Assembly (NCBI RefSeq): GCF_006345805.1
Contig: NC_043016.1
Span: 24,986,001 to 25,050,000 of the forward strand
Source of the DNA: Octopus sinensis
Lineage: Eukaryota
Reading direction: 5' to 3'
Length of the DNA stretch: 64,000 bases
This document shows, in pieces, positions 41,564-53,178 of the stretch (position 1 is the stretch's first letter; the number at the start of each line of letters is the position of its first letter). Under the pieces are notes generated by a model. The model worked only from the letters and a program-made list of their open reading frames with translations. It made no database searches and was not told the DNA's origin. Both the position numbers and the translations under genes were made by a program.

Positions 41564-42441
41564 GTGGAATAGCAATGAAAGAGATCCACTTTGAGTCACA
41601 AACTTGGTTTACCTGAAGAAAAAAAAATACTTACCTTTATTCTGTAGAGTGCTTACTCAAAACAATAATAATGATAATGGTTTCAAATTTTGGCACAAGG
41701 TCAGCAATTTTAAAGAGAAGGGCTAAGTCAATTACATCAACCCCAGTCTTAGATTGGTACTTTATTTTACCATCTCCAAAAAGTTGAAAAGCAAAACTGA
41801 CTAATGGGATTTGAACTCAGAATATGAATGAAGAAAAAAAAAACAGAATAAATACCACAGAGCACTAACTAATTTTCCACCACCAATTAATATATCAATC
41901 AACTGTGATAGTAATAGCAGTAGTAGTTTCAAATTTTGATCAAGGCCAGTAATTTAGGAGGAGGGTTAAGTCAAGTGCATGTAGATCAACTCCAAAGAGC
42001 TGTAAAAAATGCCTCTAAGCATCTAGTGTGCTAATGATTCTGACAGTTCACCACCTTAATAATAAAGAGCACCATCAAGGACACCAAGTAACTTGCAAGA
42101 CAAAGATCCCTCAACTGAGAAGGGCAGTGGTACTGCAGGAGGTGGCTTTTTGCTAGGTGATGACAGAAACAGGTGTCTTGCTGTAGAGATTATACATGGT
42201 TACCCCAGTAAAAAAAGAGAGAGGGAGAGAAAGAGAGAGGTTAGAGAGAGAGAGAAAGATGGTGGTGGTGGTGGTGTGCCAGAGCATACATTCAAGGTAC
42301 AAGGAAGTGAATATAAATGGAATAGTAAAGGATTGCCCAGAGTGCATGCATAAGCAGGAAAATAACTTCCTGGATAGGCACAAAGTCACAAATTCAGAAT
42401 TGGGATATGGAAGGATGAAAGACAAACTTGACCATAGCAGG

Positions 42442-42473
<32 letters not shown>

Positions 42474-43160
42474 TGCCCTGATGCAGTACCAGACAGTGGC
42501 TCTCGTGGCTTCTGATCTTAACTGATTGGAAGTGTTATCATGTTTTGTCTTGGCATAAAAGATGGGCTACAACAAATATTCTGCTCAATACCACAGATTT
42601 GCTCGTCAGTTGTTTGACCGTAACCAGTTGAGCATGTCCCTCTCTGATCATGAGCAGAAGTAGTGGGGGAGCATCATAGCTATGTGTTAAGAGGGACTCT
42701 TTGGGGTTTGAATAATTCACCTCTAGAAATATAGGTGTTTCGTTCAACATCCTTAAACAACAATTTATTCAGGGACCTTTTGAGTGGGATGGGTTACTCA
42801 ACCAGAAGAAAATTTTAACTGGGCCCCACCTGCAAGGTCATGTGCTGTTTGTCTTGATATGAGAACACCATGTCGCGCACGCATAGTTGCAATGCATATG
42901 CCTGGAATACTCTTATCAGACGGGTAGTCATGATGGGTATGCTGGGCTTCGTATATTTTACCCCAGTGTCACTTTGATGGCATGTACTGCTCTCTTACTC
43001 AATCCTTTCTAAAATAGACACAGCCAAAAATTTTGAAAGAGGGAGTTAGTTAATTGAAAGGGCCCCAGTAACTAACTGGTGCAGGCACCTCTGTGTTCTG
43101 GAAACTCTGGTTACAAAACTTGTGAACAACTACTATTGATTTTAAGGATAAACTCAAATT

Positions 43161-43385
43161 TTAACAACTTTAACGTTTAATCTGGCCATATTCAGCCCAA
43201 ATATTCTACTTGTTTTATGCTAAAACTGACTAGATCCAACCTCTCACACCTACCCCACAATGTCATTCTCAAAATATAAAAACACACCATTGAAATCTTG
43301 AAGCTACAAGATAATGCATGATTAATTCAAAACAATGTGAATAAATATGCATTGTATTTGGCAGAGTATTCTGAATGCTAAAGGG
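43161..43385 (+). mobile_element. piggyBac-like MITE, same family
   Basis: Body matches 2121-2340; ends AATGCTAAAGGG|TTAA; left end decayed. Confidence 0.72.
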
Positions 43386-43489
43386 TTAAAAACTAAAATT
43401 TTTTACTTTGCGGAACTGCCTTGAAAAGAGAACTTGTGAAACGGATATATATAATTTCATACTCTACTCTACCAACTGAGCTATCATGT

Positions 43490-43977
43490 CAGTGGCGTGC
43501 GGTGACTTCCGGGGCTGGGCATGCAATGAATTTCTGAACGACCTTTCCTCATAGCATCTGTTTTATCAATTCACTAAGAGAGAGAGAGGAAGGAGGGACA
43601 AACTAAGAGACAGAGAGGGAGGTCATGCGGGTCTTCCCACAGCATGACGAGCCACTAAGAGAAAGAGGAAGGGGTAAAAATATTTCAAATGCCCTATCCT
43701 CTTAGCATGTCTTTTAAACAAGTCACTAAGAGAGAGAGAGAGAGAGGAAGGAAGGGCAAACTGAGACAGAGAGGGAGTGTCTGACATGCTGGTCTTGTCA
43801 ATGCATGACTTCTAAAAGCAGAAGTAGAGTCACTGAGAGAGAAGGGGAGACAAAATACAACTGGACGGATTTTCTTTGAAACAAAGTAACTATTTTATCT
43901 AATTTTCCAATCATATGGATAAAAAAATCACAGGGCATGCAATGCATACCTTGCATACCTGAGAGTGCACGCCCCTG
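43490..43977. mobile_element. hAT-like MITE, 488 bp
   Basis: TIRs CAGTGGCGTGC / GCACGCCCCTG; perfect 8-bp TSD TATCATGT at 43482-43489 and 43978-43985. Confidence 0.88.
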
Positions 43978-45164
43978 TATCATGTGTTTATAGGTACAGA
44001 CATGACACTGTGGTAAGAAGCTTGCTTCTCAACCACATGATCGCGGGTTCAGTCCCACTGCATGGCACCCTGGGCAAATGTCTTCTATTATAGTCTCTGG
44101 CTAATCAAAGGCTTGTGAGTGGATTTAGTAAACAGAAACTGAAAAGAGCCCATTGTATGTGTGTGTGTGGTGTATCTATGTCTATGATGGTTCCCTTTGG
44201 TTCCCTATCACCATCATCACATTTAACAACTGGTGCTGGTGTGTTTACACGCCTGTGGCCTAGCAGTTTGGTGTATATATAAAAAAAAAAAAAAAAGACT
44301 GCAGCAAGCTGGCAGAAATGTTAGCACGCCGGGCGAAATGCTTAGCGGTATTTCATCTGCCGTTATGTCTGAGTTCAAATTTCGCCAAGGTCAACTTTGC
44401 CTTTCATCCTTTCGGGGTCAATAAATTAAGTACCAATTACACACTGGGATCGATGTAATCGACTTAATCCCTTTATCTGTACTTGTTTGCCCCCTGTGGG
44501 CAATAAAGAAATAAAAAAAAAAAAAGGACTGACAGTATAAGTACTAAGCTTTGGAAAAAAAAAGTATTGGGGTTGAAACATTTGACTAAAAATTCTTCCA
44601 TGCAGTACACCAGCACGGCTGCAGTCCAATGACTGAAACAAGTGAAAGATAAGATAAGATATATTTGGTGTGACACTATATTTTATCAGCCCTCAAGGGA
44701 TGAAAGGTAAATGTTAAGCTGAACATATTAAAGTACCATTTATGATCTGGGGTTGCTGAAAACCAACCAACCAACCAACCCACCCACTTCTCTCAAAATT
44801 GCTGGCCTCGAGCCTAAATCAAAAATAGTCATCACTATCACTATAATCATGGTCATTGCTGTTACAGTTACTGGTCACTGCCATCACCATAACTACTTTC
44901 AATGGCCCTCTTCAGCAAAACAGTGATTACCACTCTGGCTATTAATAGTACTGCCGCTGCCACCCCTAAAAACAACAGTCACCACCATCACAAGCATTAA
45001 AAATGACAACCACCACCATCACCTTTACTGAAAACGCTGCCATCACCACCACTTGTTTTAATTCAATTTAGATTGGCAACTCTTTAGCCTTGAGACTGTG
45101 AAAACTAAACAAAAAAACAGCAACAAATGAAAAAAAAATAAACAGAGAAACATCCATTCCTTAC

Positions 45165-45286
45165 CTACAAGAAATTTATTCATCATGACCCAACGTAGAA
45201 CTGCCTTAGCATCGTTGTAACAAGCAGGAAACTTGTGTTCTGGTGCCAACCGATATTCAACATTTACAACACAACATTGTGCTTTG
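45165..45286 (-). CDS. Esterase exon B (YRLAPEHKFPA motif)
   Basis: Acceptor ttttcttcttacag, donor gtaagg; 122 nt, phase 2 to 1; VVNVEYRLAPEHKFPACYND is typical of HSL-family esterases. Confidence 0.94.
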
Positions 45287-45727
45287 CTGTAAGAAGAAAA
45301 AAATGAAAATAAATAAATATATACATAAATAAACAAACATCACACACACACACGTATGTGTCTGTATAATGTAAAAGTAAAATTAACTTCACACTCATTT
45401 TAGATTTAACTTTTTATTTTACTGCTGCATACTTGGCCCATCAAAAAGAAGCTCCTACATGGTCACACCACATACTAGAAATAGTAACTAAATCTCCCTC
45501 AAAATATACCCAACAGTCATCATTATCATCGTTTAACATCTGTTTTCCATGCTAGCATGGGTTGGACGATTTGACTGAGGTCTGGCGAACCACATGGCTG
45601 TACCAGACTCCAATCTGATCTGGCAGAGTTTCTACAGCTGGATGCCCTTCCTAACGCCAACCACTCCGAGAGTGTAGTAGGTGCTTTATGTGCCACCGGC
45701 ACGAGGGCCAGCCAGGCAGTACTGGCA

Positions 45728-46037
45728 GTGTTTGTTGTTTGTTCCTTCTCGAGCCATGCCTGGCTCATAAGGGCCGGTTTCCCGGTTTCCTTGGCGTATA
45801 GGTTCCCCACCTGGACGGGACGCCGGTCCGTCGCAGGTGAACTGCAAGATGCAGGAGGAAAGAGTGAGAGAAAGTTGGGGGCGAAAGAGTCAGCAGAAGT
45901 TCGCCATTACCTTCTGCCGGATCCGCATGGAGCTTAGGTGTTTTCACTCATAAACACACACATCACCTGGTCTGAGATTCGAACCGCGATTCCTCGACCG
46001 TGAGTCCGCTGCTCTAACCACTAGGTCATATGCCTCC
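45728..46037 (-). mobile_element. tRNA-derived SINE family 2 (V-domain-like 3' part) inserted in an older RTE-tail repeat
   Basis: 7-bp TSD ACTGGCA at 45721-45727 and 46038-46044; host repeat continues on both sides. Confidence 0.88.
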
Positions 46038-47639
46038 ACTGGCAATGGCCACAGTATTACAAAATAGGGAAGAAAAGAAAAAGAGACATTGGGTGGTGTA
46101 GTCTGAAGTACACTAATCCTGAAAATAGGATGGAATGGTTGTAATTGAAACTAGAATGCTTCTGATCAGTGACAACTTTGAGCTACACAACAAATGTCCG
46201 ATGCTTGTATAATGAAGAGGATGAGGTTTTTTTTTGTTGTTTTGTTTTGTTTTCTAATCTTTGATATTTGTACAATATTGTAGCAATTGCGTTTACAGCT
46301 GTGTTGTAAGTTTCTACACTGAATTCTGATTAACACTTATTTTCTGTGAACCAGCTAAACTAATGCAATAATTATTTGTATGCCTTGCTTACTAATTATA
46401 ACACAATGAGGAAATGGAAATAGCAATTAGTTTTTACTGTTCAACTTGTAGTCTCAGAGATCTGGAACTCTGATATATACATATGTTTCTTTTACTTTTT
46501 CCTGTCGTTGGAATCTGACCATAGTGCAGCTCAACTTTGAAGGGTTTTAGTCAAACAAATTGATAACTGTACTTATATTGTTTTGTAAGCCTGGAACTTA
46601 TTCTATCAATATCTATGCTGAACTGCTAAGTTACAGGAACATAAACAAACCAGCACCTGGTGTCAAGCAGTAATGGGAGTAAACACACACACACACACAG
46701 AGGCTTCTTTCAGTTTCCAACACCCAAATCCACTCACAAGGATTTGGTCAGCTCAAGAATATAAAAACTCTTGTCAAAGGTGTCACTGAGTGAAACTGAA
46801 CTCAGGACCATGTGGTTGGGAAGCAAACTACTTACCACACAGCCACACCCACATCTATATAATGGCTAAGGGAGTTTAGCCATTACCTTATTACAAGGTC
46901 CAAAAATCTGAGGGAGATTTCACAGCTTTCTATAAGAGATCACCAGACCCTAATATTCAGGTAAGATCTAGTAACAACACATCTGAGTGGATACTGACAA
47001 TACTCAGACAGATGAGCACAAACAGACATAGTCAGACAAAAGAGTACAGACAGACATGGTCAGACAAAGGAGTACAGACAGACAAGGTCAGACAGAGGCG
47101 TACAGACACCTACATTCAGTCACTTGCTCATCTGTCTGACAAGAAAAACACGGTCTTACAGACTAGCATGGACAGATGTGGTCAGTCAGATGGACATGAA
47201 AACCAGTCAAACATTTAGACACAAACAGATGTGGTCAATCAGATGAACAGACAGTGACAGATGCAAATGCACATGGACAGATATGGACACATGTGGACAG
47301 CACTGATGAGCTTTCACATGTGGTCAGACACAGACTCAGAGACATACAAACAGACAGGCACACAAGCATGTTATCATACAGACACAGATAGTCATGACCA
47401 GACAGACAGATATACATACACATAGATATACATATATACAGACAGACACGGACAAAGACAGATGATTGAGACAGTTAATAACTCTACAGCTAAAAGTGCA
47501 TTTAAACTGAAATGTATTATTTCTCTACACTATCATCATCATCATCAAGAACAACAATAATAGAAGGTGCATTCAATCAGAAAGTGATGCAAGTAAAAAA
47601 AATCAATAGAATGAGATATAAAAGAATAGCAACACTCAC

Positions 47640-47772
47640 AGAGCTAATATTTTACATGTATCTTCAACAGTGCTTCTTGACCCCATTATATATCCACCAC
47701 CATGAAAGTAAACCATTATTGCTGCGTCTAAAGGTGAGATTTGGGGATTATAAATTGTTATAGGAATCCCAA
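47640..47772 (-). CDS. Esterase exon A (HGGG oxyanion-hole motif)
   Basis: Acceptor ttctattttcag, donor gtgagt; 133 nt, phase 1 to 2; encodes ...IMVYFHGGGYIMGS... Confidence 0.93.
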
Positions 47773-47894
47773 CTGAAAATAGAAACAGATATACATAATT
47801 ATATTTGTATGTATGCACACATATATATATATATATATATATATACACGAAAAAGAAGCATGTAAAACATAGATAACACAAATATGTGTGTGTC

Positions 47895-47932
<38 letters not shown>

Positions 47933-48035
47933 CGGAGTAAACACATAAATGTGAAACAAGATGGAAAAAAGAGTACTCAAATACCAGAGGTAGAGTAATA
48001 TGCTTTATTTAAAGCAGCAAAAAATTCAACAAAAC

Positions 48036-48072
48036 CTGTTACTCTGAGTTTCACGTTCCGTTCGTCGGACAG
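48036..48072 (-). ncRNA. Minimal type I hammerhead-ribozyme-like motif (variant core CCGACGA)
   Basis: Minus strand: CTGT-CCGACGA-ACG(GAA)CGT-GAAA-CTCAGAG-TA-ACAG. Stem I CTGT/ACAG, stem II ACG/CGT, short stem III, predicted GUA cleavage triplet. Core has C instead of U at position 4. Confidence 0.5.
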
Positions 48073-48088
48073 TTTTTGCTAGAAAAAA

Positions 48089-48126
48089 CTGTCCGATGAA
48101 CGGCAACGGGAAACTCAGAGTAACGG
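48089..48126 (+). ncRNA. Mirror hammerhead-like motif (core CCGATGA)
   Basis: CTGT-CCGATGA-ACG(GCAA)CGG-GAAA-CTCAGAG-TA-ACGG; GNRA loop; one stem II mismatch and one G-U pair in stem I. Confidence 0.42.
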
Positions 48127-48158
48127 GTTTTGTTGAATTTTCTGCTGCTTTAAATAAA

Positions 48159-48192
<34 letters not shown>

Positions 48193-48414
48193 GCACAGAT
48201 ACATATAGACACAAATTCAGAGAGAGGGTGAGGAGTGATGCAGCAGTAACTGCTTATTACAATTGCAGATAATGTTATCAAATGGTTATCAACAATATCA
48301 GCGAGTGCCAAGTAACAATATCATTGTCATATCCTCTGCTTAATGTTCTCAACTGCTTTGTATTATTGTAAATGTTCCATCATAAAATTATCGCAGTAAC
48401 CAGCTTCAGTAATG

Positions 48415-48710
48415 TATATGGCCTAGTGGTTTGAGTAGCAGACTCGCGGTCGAGGGATCGCGGGTTCGAATCTCAGACCTGGCAATGTATGTGTTTATGA
48501 GCGAAAAAACCCAAGCTCCACGCAGCTCTGGCAGAAGGTAATGGCGAACTTCTGCTGACTCTTCGCCACAACTTTCTCTCACTCTTTCCTCCTGCATCTT
48601 GCAGCTCACCTGCGACGGACCGGCGTCCCATCCAGGTGGGGAACCTATACGCCAAGGAAACCGGGAAACCAGCCCTTATGAGCCAGCCGTGGCTCGAGAA
48701 GGAACAAACA
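48415..48710 (+). mobile_element. tRNA-derived SINE family 2, inverted relative to 45728-46037
   Basis: By eye roughly 85-90% identical to the reverse complement of 45728-46037. Confidence 0.85.
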
Positions 48711-49377
48711 TGTATTCACACACACAATATACATAGCATATGTACATGTGTGGATGAACCTTAATGTTTGTTTTTATGTTCAATTAAAAAAAAAAAAGAC
48801 AATTTTATATTAATCTGATGGGTTACTCTATGCTTTTGTAGAGAACAAATTTATTATTCTTCTCTAAGAACATTGTTGACAATGACTTCACAGTTTCGGC
48901 CAGCTAAGACATTTGACTCAGAGATACACAAACAGGCAGGCACACAGGCACATGGACACGCAGGCATGTGATCATACAGACACAGATAGACATGACCAGA
49001 CAGACAGATATATGGCACCAAAATGACACCCAATTATGGACCACTTTGGGTTAAACAATTTCTCTCAAAATAAAATACTTGTTGAGGGGTAAAAATAAAT
49101 AAAACCGTCATCTGTCTTTTCACAGACACAGCGCGTGTGTGTGTGTTGTATATGTATTTACATATATATATACATATTAATTATATTTGACAATGGGTTA
49201 GCTGACTGAAACTTCGAAGTCAAAGTACTGCCAAAAACATTCTTGTATAAGAATAATATATATGTGTGTGTGTGTACATACATTACACAATGTAGGTACA
49301 TGCAATGTATGTTATTTACATGTATGTACGTATGTGTGTGTGTTGTGTGTATGTGTATAGGGTGGAGAACACAAACA

Positions 49378-52300
49378 TCTATATAAGTATAAACGATATA
49401 TTAGATATTTGAGAACAATTTGTGCATGTGAGTGTTCATCTTCTCTCCCTTTTTTGTTTGTATGTAGCTTAGCTTCTTCCTACAACTTCTCTATGAAGTA
49501 TAAAGGTTCAGCTTCACTTCAAAAGCTTCAAATAGTCCAAGACAAAGTCTGTGCTAGATACAAACTGCTAGGAGACATGTTTTATACTTGAATTAACTGA
49601 TAATGATGTCTAGCAGAAATGCAATATAACTAAAAGCTTCTTTATCTCAAACAACCAAGAGTCTTGGGGTCATTTGCACCATGATGTTAAAACACTGAAT
49701 CATCCAACTGCAATTCAGCTTTGACTCAAATACTTTGATAACCTTGCTGAAAATTTGCTGTAAACTAGAAGGTATTAAGCTCAGATGTGCTCCAGTATGT
49801 AAACCGAACACAGATGAAATTTATAATGCAGCCCTCATTGATAAGCTCAAGAATATAAATAGCCAAGAACCACAAAAATACATCTTTTCTCAACCGAAAT
49901 ATACAGAAGTCAATAATTTAGTAATAGAAATTTTGAAATAGAAATGTCATATAATAATGCCTCATTTATTCATCACCTTTACCTGCAATCCGAAATGGCA
50001 AGACATTTTACACTGCCTCTTCGAAGGTCAACATAACAGTGATAGACATGACATAATTGCAAGAGTCTTTAACTTGAAACAGCAAAAACTTTTGCAGCTG
50101 CTCAGAGATGTTAAATTCTTTGGTGATCTCAATGCTTCAATGTACACAATCAAATGGCAGAAATGGGGTCTGCCTCATTCACATACCCTTATATGGTGCA
50201 AGGAGAGGATATGTCCAGATTTGATTGATGACATCATTTCTGCAGAGTTCCCAAACCCAGAGCAAGACGCTCAGCTCTACAACATTGTGAAGGCCCCGTG
50301 GAAGCTTTAACTCTTCGTTTCCTTGCATGGAGAATAATATGTGCAGCAAAAGGTTCCCCAGACCATTCGTTCAAGAAACACGAACTGGACATGACGGTTA
50401 GCCACTCTACAGGTGGCACAAATCTGAACATGGCAGTTATACTGCAACATTGAAGACACACCAGCAAGAGGTTGAAGTTGACAACAGATGGATTGTTCCA
50501 TACAACAAACTCCTATCGAAAATATTTGAGGCACACATCAATGTCGAATCATGTAATTCTGTTAAGAGCATAAAATACATCTGCAAATACATAAACAAGG
50601 GGTCCGATATGGCAGTTTTTGGAGTCAATGCACATGAACAGCAAACGGATGAAATAAGACATTACAACTGGGAAGATACACATCAAACGAGGTGATTTGA
50701 CATATGTTTGGCTTCCCACTTCACAGATGGTATCCAATGGTTGTGAATCTAGCTGTTATCTTGAAACTGGAGAGCGTGTCAATTTCACGGAAGATAATGC
50801 TCAACAGCAATTTCAACAACCCCCAAAAACAACTCTTACAGCTTTCTTCGACCTATGCAAAACAATTTTTCCCGATCCCTGATTTATGTTGAAGTACCTG
50901 TCTATTACACCTGGTCAGGAAAAAAAATGGGTAAAACATAAATGGAACTCCAATTATCACCTATGAGGCAGAAGAAATATTTCAAAGCAATGCTATTGGG
51001 AGAGTTTACACAGTCCATCCAAATCAACAAGAGTGCTTCTTTTTACGTCTCCTCCTACACATTGTCTGAGGTCCCAACATGTTTTCAAGATCTACAAATG
51101 TTTAATGGAGAGCTCTGTCCAACCTTTAGGGTGGCCTGTGCCAAACACGGACTACTTGAAGATGATGCTCATTGGTACCAAACACTCAACAAGGCTTCTT
51201 TCGCCAAAATGCCAACTCAACTACGTCAATTCTCCACAATGCTTTGACATGTGCCTTGAGTGATCCTGTAACGCTTTGGGAGAATTACAGAGAAAGCATG
51301 TCAGAGGATATACTACACTGAATTCAAAGGCAGAACCCATTGGAAAATGTCGAATAAAATGAGGCTATTTTCAACGAAGCATTCAATGACCTAGACAACG
51401 GAGTGAAATCCATGGGTGGCAGTGGAGTTGCTGCTTTTGGTCTGCCTCAGCCAGATGTGTCACCTGAAACCCTTGACATCAAATATGTACGGGAGATCAA
51501 TTATGATGTTGAAGAAATGGCAGCATTTATGGCTGATAATGAACACAAATTGAACGAGGATCAAAAAACTGCCTTCAAATCCATTATTTCATCCACTCTT
51601 AGTGAGACTGGTAATCTCTTCTTTCTTGATTCTCCAGCTGGAACTGGCAAAACATTCATTATCAATCTTATTTTGGCAAAGCTGCAACAAAATAAACAGA
51701 TAGCCCTTGCCATGGCGTCAAGTGGAATAGCTGTAACTCTGTTAAACGGTGCATGCACAGCTCACATGTGCTTCAAATTGCCTTTGGACCTTCCAGAAAA
51801 AAAAAGAGATAGCAACCTGCAATATCAGTCGTGGCACTACAAAAGCAAAAATTCTCACCAAGTGCAAATTGATCATTTGGGATGAAGTGACAATGAGTCA
51901 TAAGGGGGTCTTTTGAGGTTCTTAACAGATTACTTCTAGATCTGAGGCGCAACTCAAGGCTAATAGGCGGCCTAACAGTACTCCTTGCAGGTGACTTTCG
52001 ACAAGCACTCCCAGTCATTCCAAAGAGAATGAGAGCAGATGAGGTAAATGTGAGCATCAAATCTTCATACCTTTGGACCAAGGTTAGAAAGCTGAAACTC
52101 ACAACAAACATGAGAATGCAGTTAGATGGTGATGCGCACATGGAGAAATTCTGCAGGCAATTAAAGGATATTGGAAACGGTGCTGTAATTGTTGAGCAGG
52201 ATGGGAAGATTAGTTTACCCTTTGGCAATTTGGTGTCAAATATACAAGAACTATTGGTGAGAGTTTGCCCCAATCTGAACACACAACACACAGACCATTG

Positions 52301-53116
52301 TTGGTTGAGAAGATGTTTAATTTTGGTGCCAAAAAATGTCACAGTCGATGGCGTAAACAATCACCTTCTGGAACAACTGCCTGGTGATCATCACACATAC
52401 AAGTCAATTGATACTATGTTCCACACCAATGATGCTGTTCACTAACCTGTTGAATTCCTTAATAGCCTTGCAACTACAGGTCTACCACCGCATGAATTGC
52501 CTCAAAAGGTTGGAACCCCGGTTATGCTTTTAAGAAACCTTGATCCCCGAAAATTATGCAATGGCACAAGACTTATCAAAAAATTGATGCAGACAGTGTT
52601 GGAGGCAACAATACTGACTGGGAAAGCAAGTGGTGAAGATGCTTGCATTCCAAAGATTCCTCCGATTCCTTCGGACACACAAACTGATTTCAAAAGGTTA
52701 CAATTCCCACTGAGATTCAGCTTTGCAATTAGCATCAATAAAGCACAGGGTCAGATATTGGAATTGGTAGGCCTTAATCTGACAGAACCTGCTTTATCTC
52801 ACGGACAGCTCTATGTCTAGAGTTGGAAATCAGGAAAATTTATTCATCTATGCAGCACCCAATGGCAAAACCAAAAACATTGTGTATCACAAAGCCCTGC
52901 AAGAATGAAATTTTGGAACAAAGATGCCTCTCCCTATGACAACCTCTTTTGCCAACCTACGAAAACCTATATCGCCAGCCTCCAGTCTTTTGTACTTTTC
53001 TGAAGGAAAATACACCTTTTGTGGCAGTTATAACAAAATTCCATTTTTATATGACAGTAATAAGGTGTTTCAATAGAACATCTTTACCCCTGGGAATTAC
53101 CAAGTACACAACCTAG
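49378..53116 (+). mobile_element. Decayed autonomous-type Helitron (Rep HUH endonuclease plus PIF1 helicase pseudogene)
   Basis: Fragments PHLFITFTCNPKW, KWQKWGLPHSHTLIW (HUH), DNRWIVPYN...KYICKYINKGSD, FFLDSPAGTGKT (Walker A), [32 protein letters not shown], with many stops and frameshifts. 5' A|TCTATATAAG at 49378; 3' CTAG|T at 53113-53116 with degenerate subterminal hairpin. Confidence 0.93.
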
Positions 53117-53145
53117 TATATACATATATACACATACATATAAAC

Positions 53146-53178
<33 letters not shown>

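Larger units (their letters stand above)
2642..47772 (-). other. Partial multi-exon gene span: HSL/abhydrolase_3-family (GDSAG) carboxylesterase; 6 internal coding exons, 5' and 3' ends not found in window
   Basis: Joined exons read GIPITIYNPQISPLDAAIMVYFHGGGYIMGSRSTVEDTCKILAL-KAQCCVVNVEYRLAPEHKFPACYNDAKAVLRWVMMNKFLVG-GMQRSIVGVAGDSAGGNIAAAVCHEVPGIAFQ-VLIYPLIDLTCKNESHKTFANGPVISQKDMKF-FIDNFLNKDEEKMNARGSPIYRKSFQDIPPALFIVAEIDPLKDDSHE-YGKKIRENGIKSKSLLIRGVVHGFFTLPG. All five junctions are GT-AG with matching phases (2,1,0,2,1). Confidence 0.93.
48003..48159. repeat. 157-bp near-perfect palindrome (about 75-bp arms, centre GCTAG), probable tail-to-tail Penelope-like pLTR pair
   Basis: Left arm ctttatttaaagcagcaaaaaattcaacaaaacctgttactctgagtttcacgttccgttcgtcggacagttttt is the reverse complement of 48083-48159 with only a few mismatches; the element (about 47930-48160) lies between (AT)n runs. 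Confidence 0.92.
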
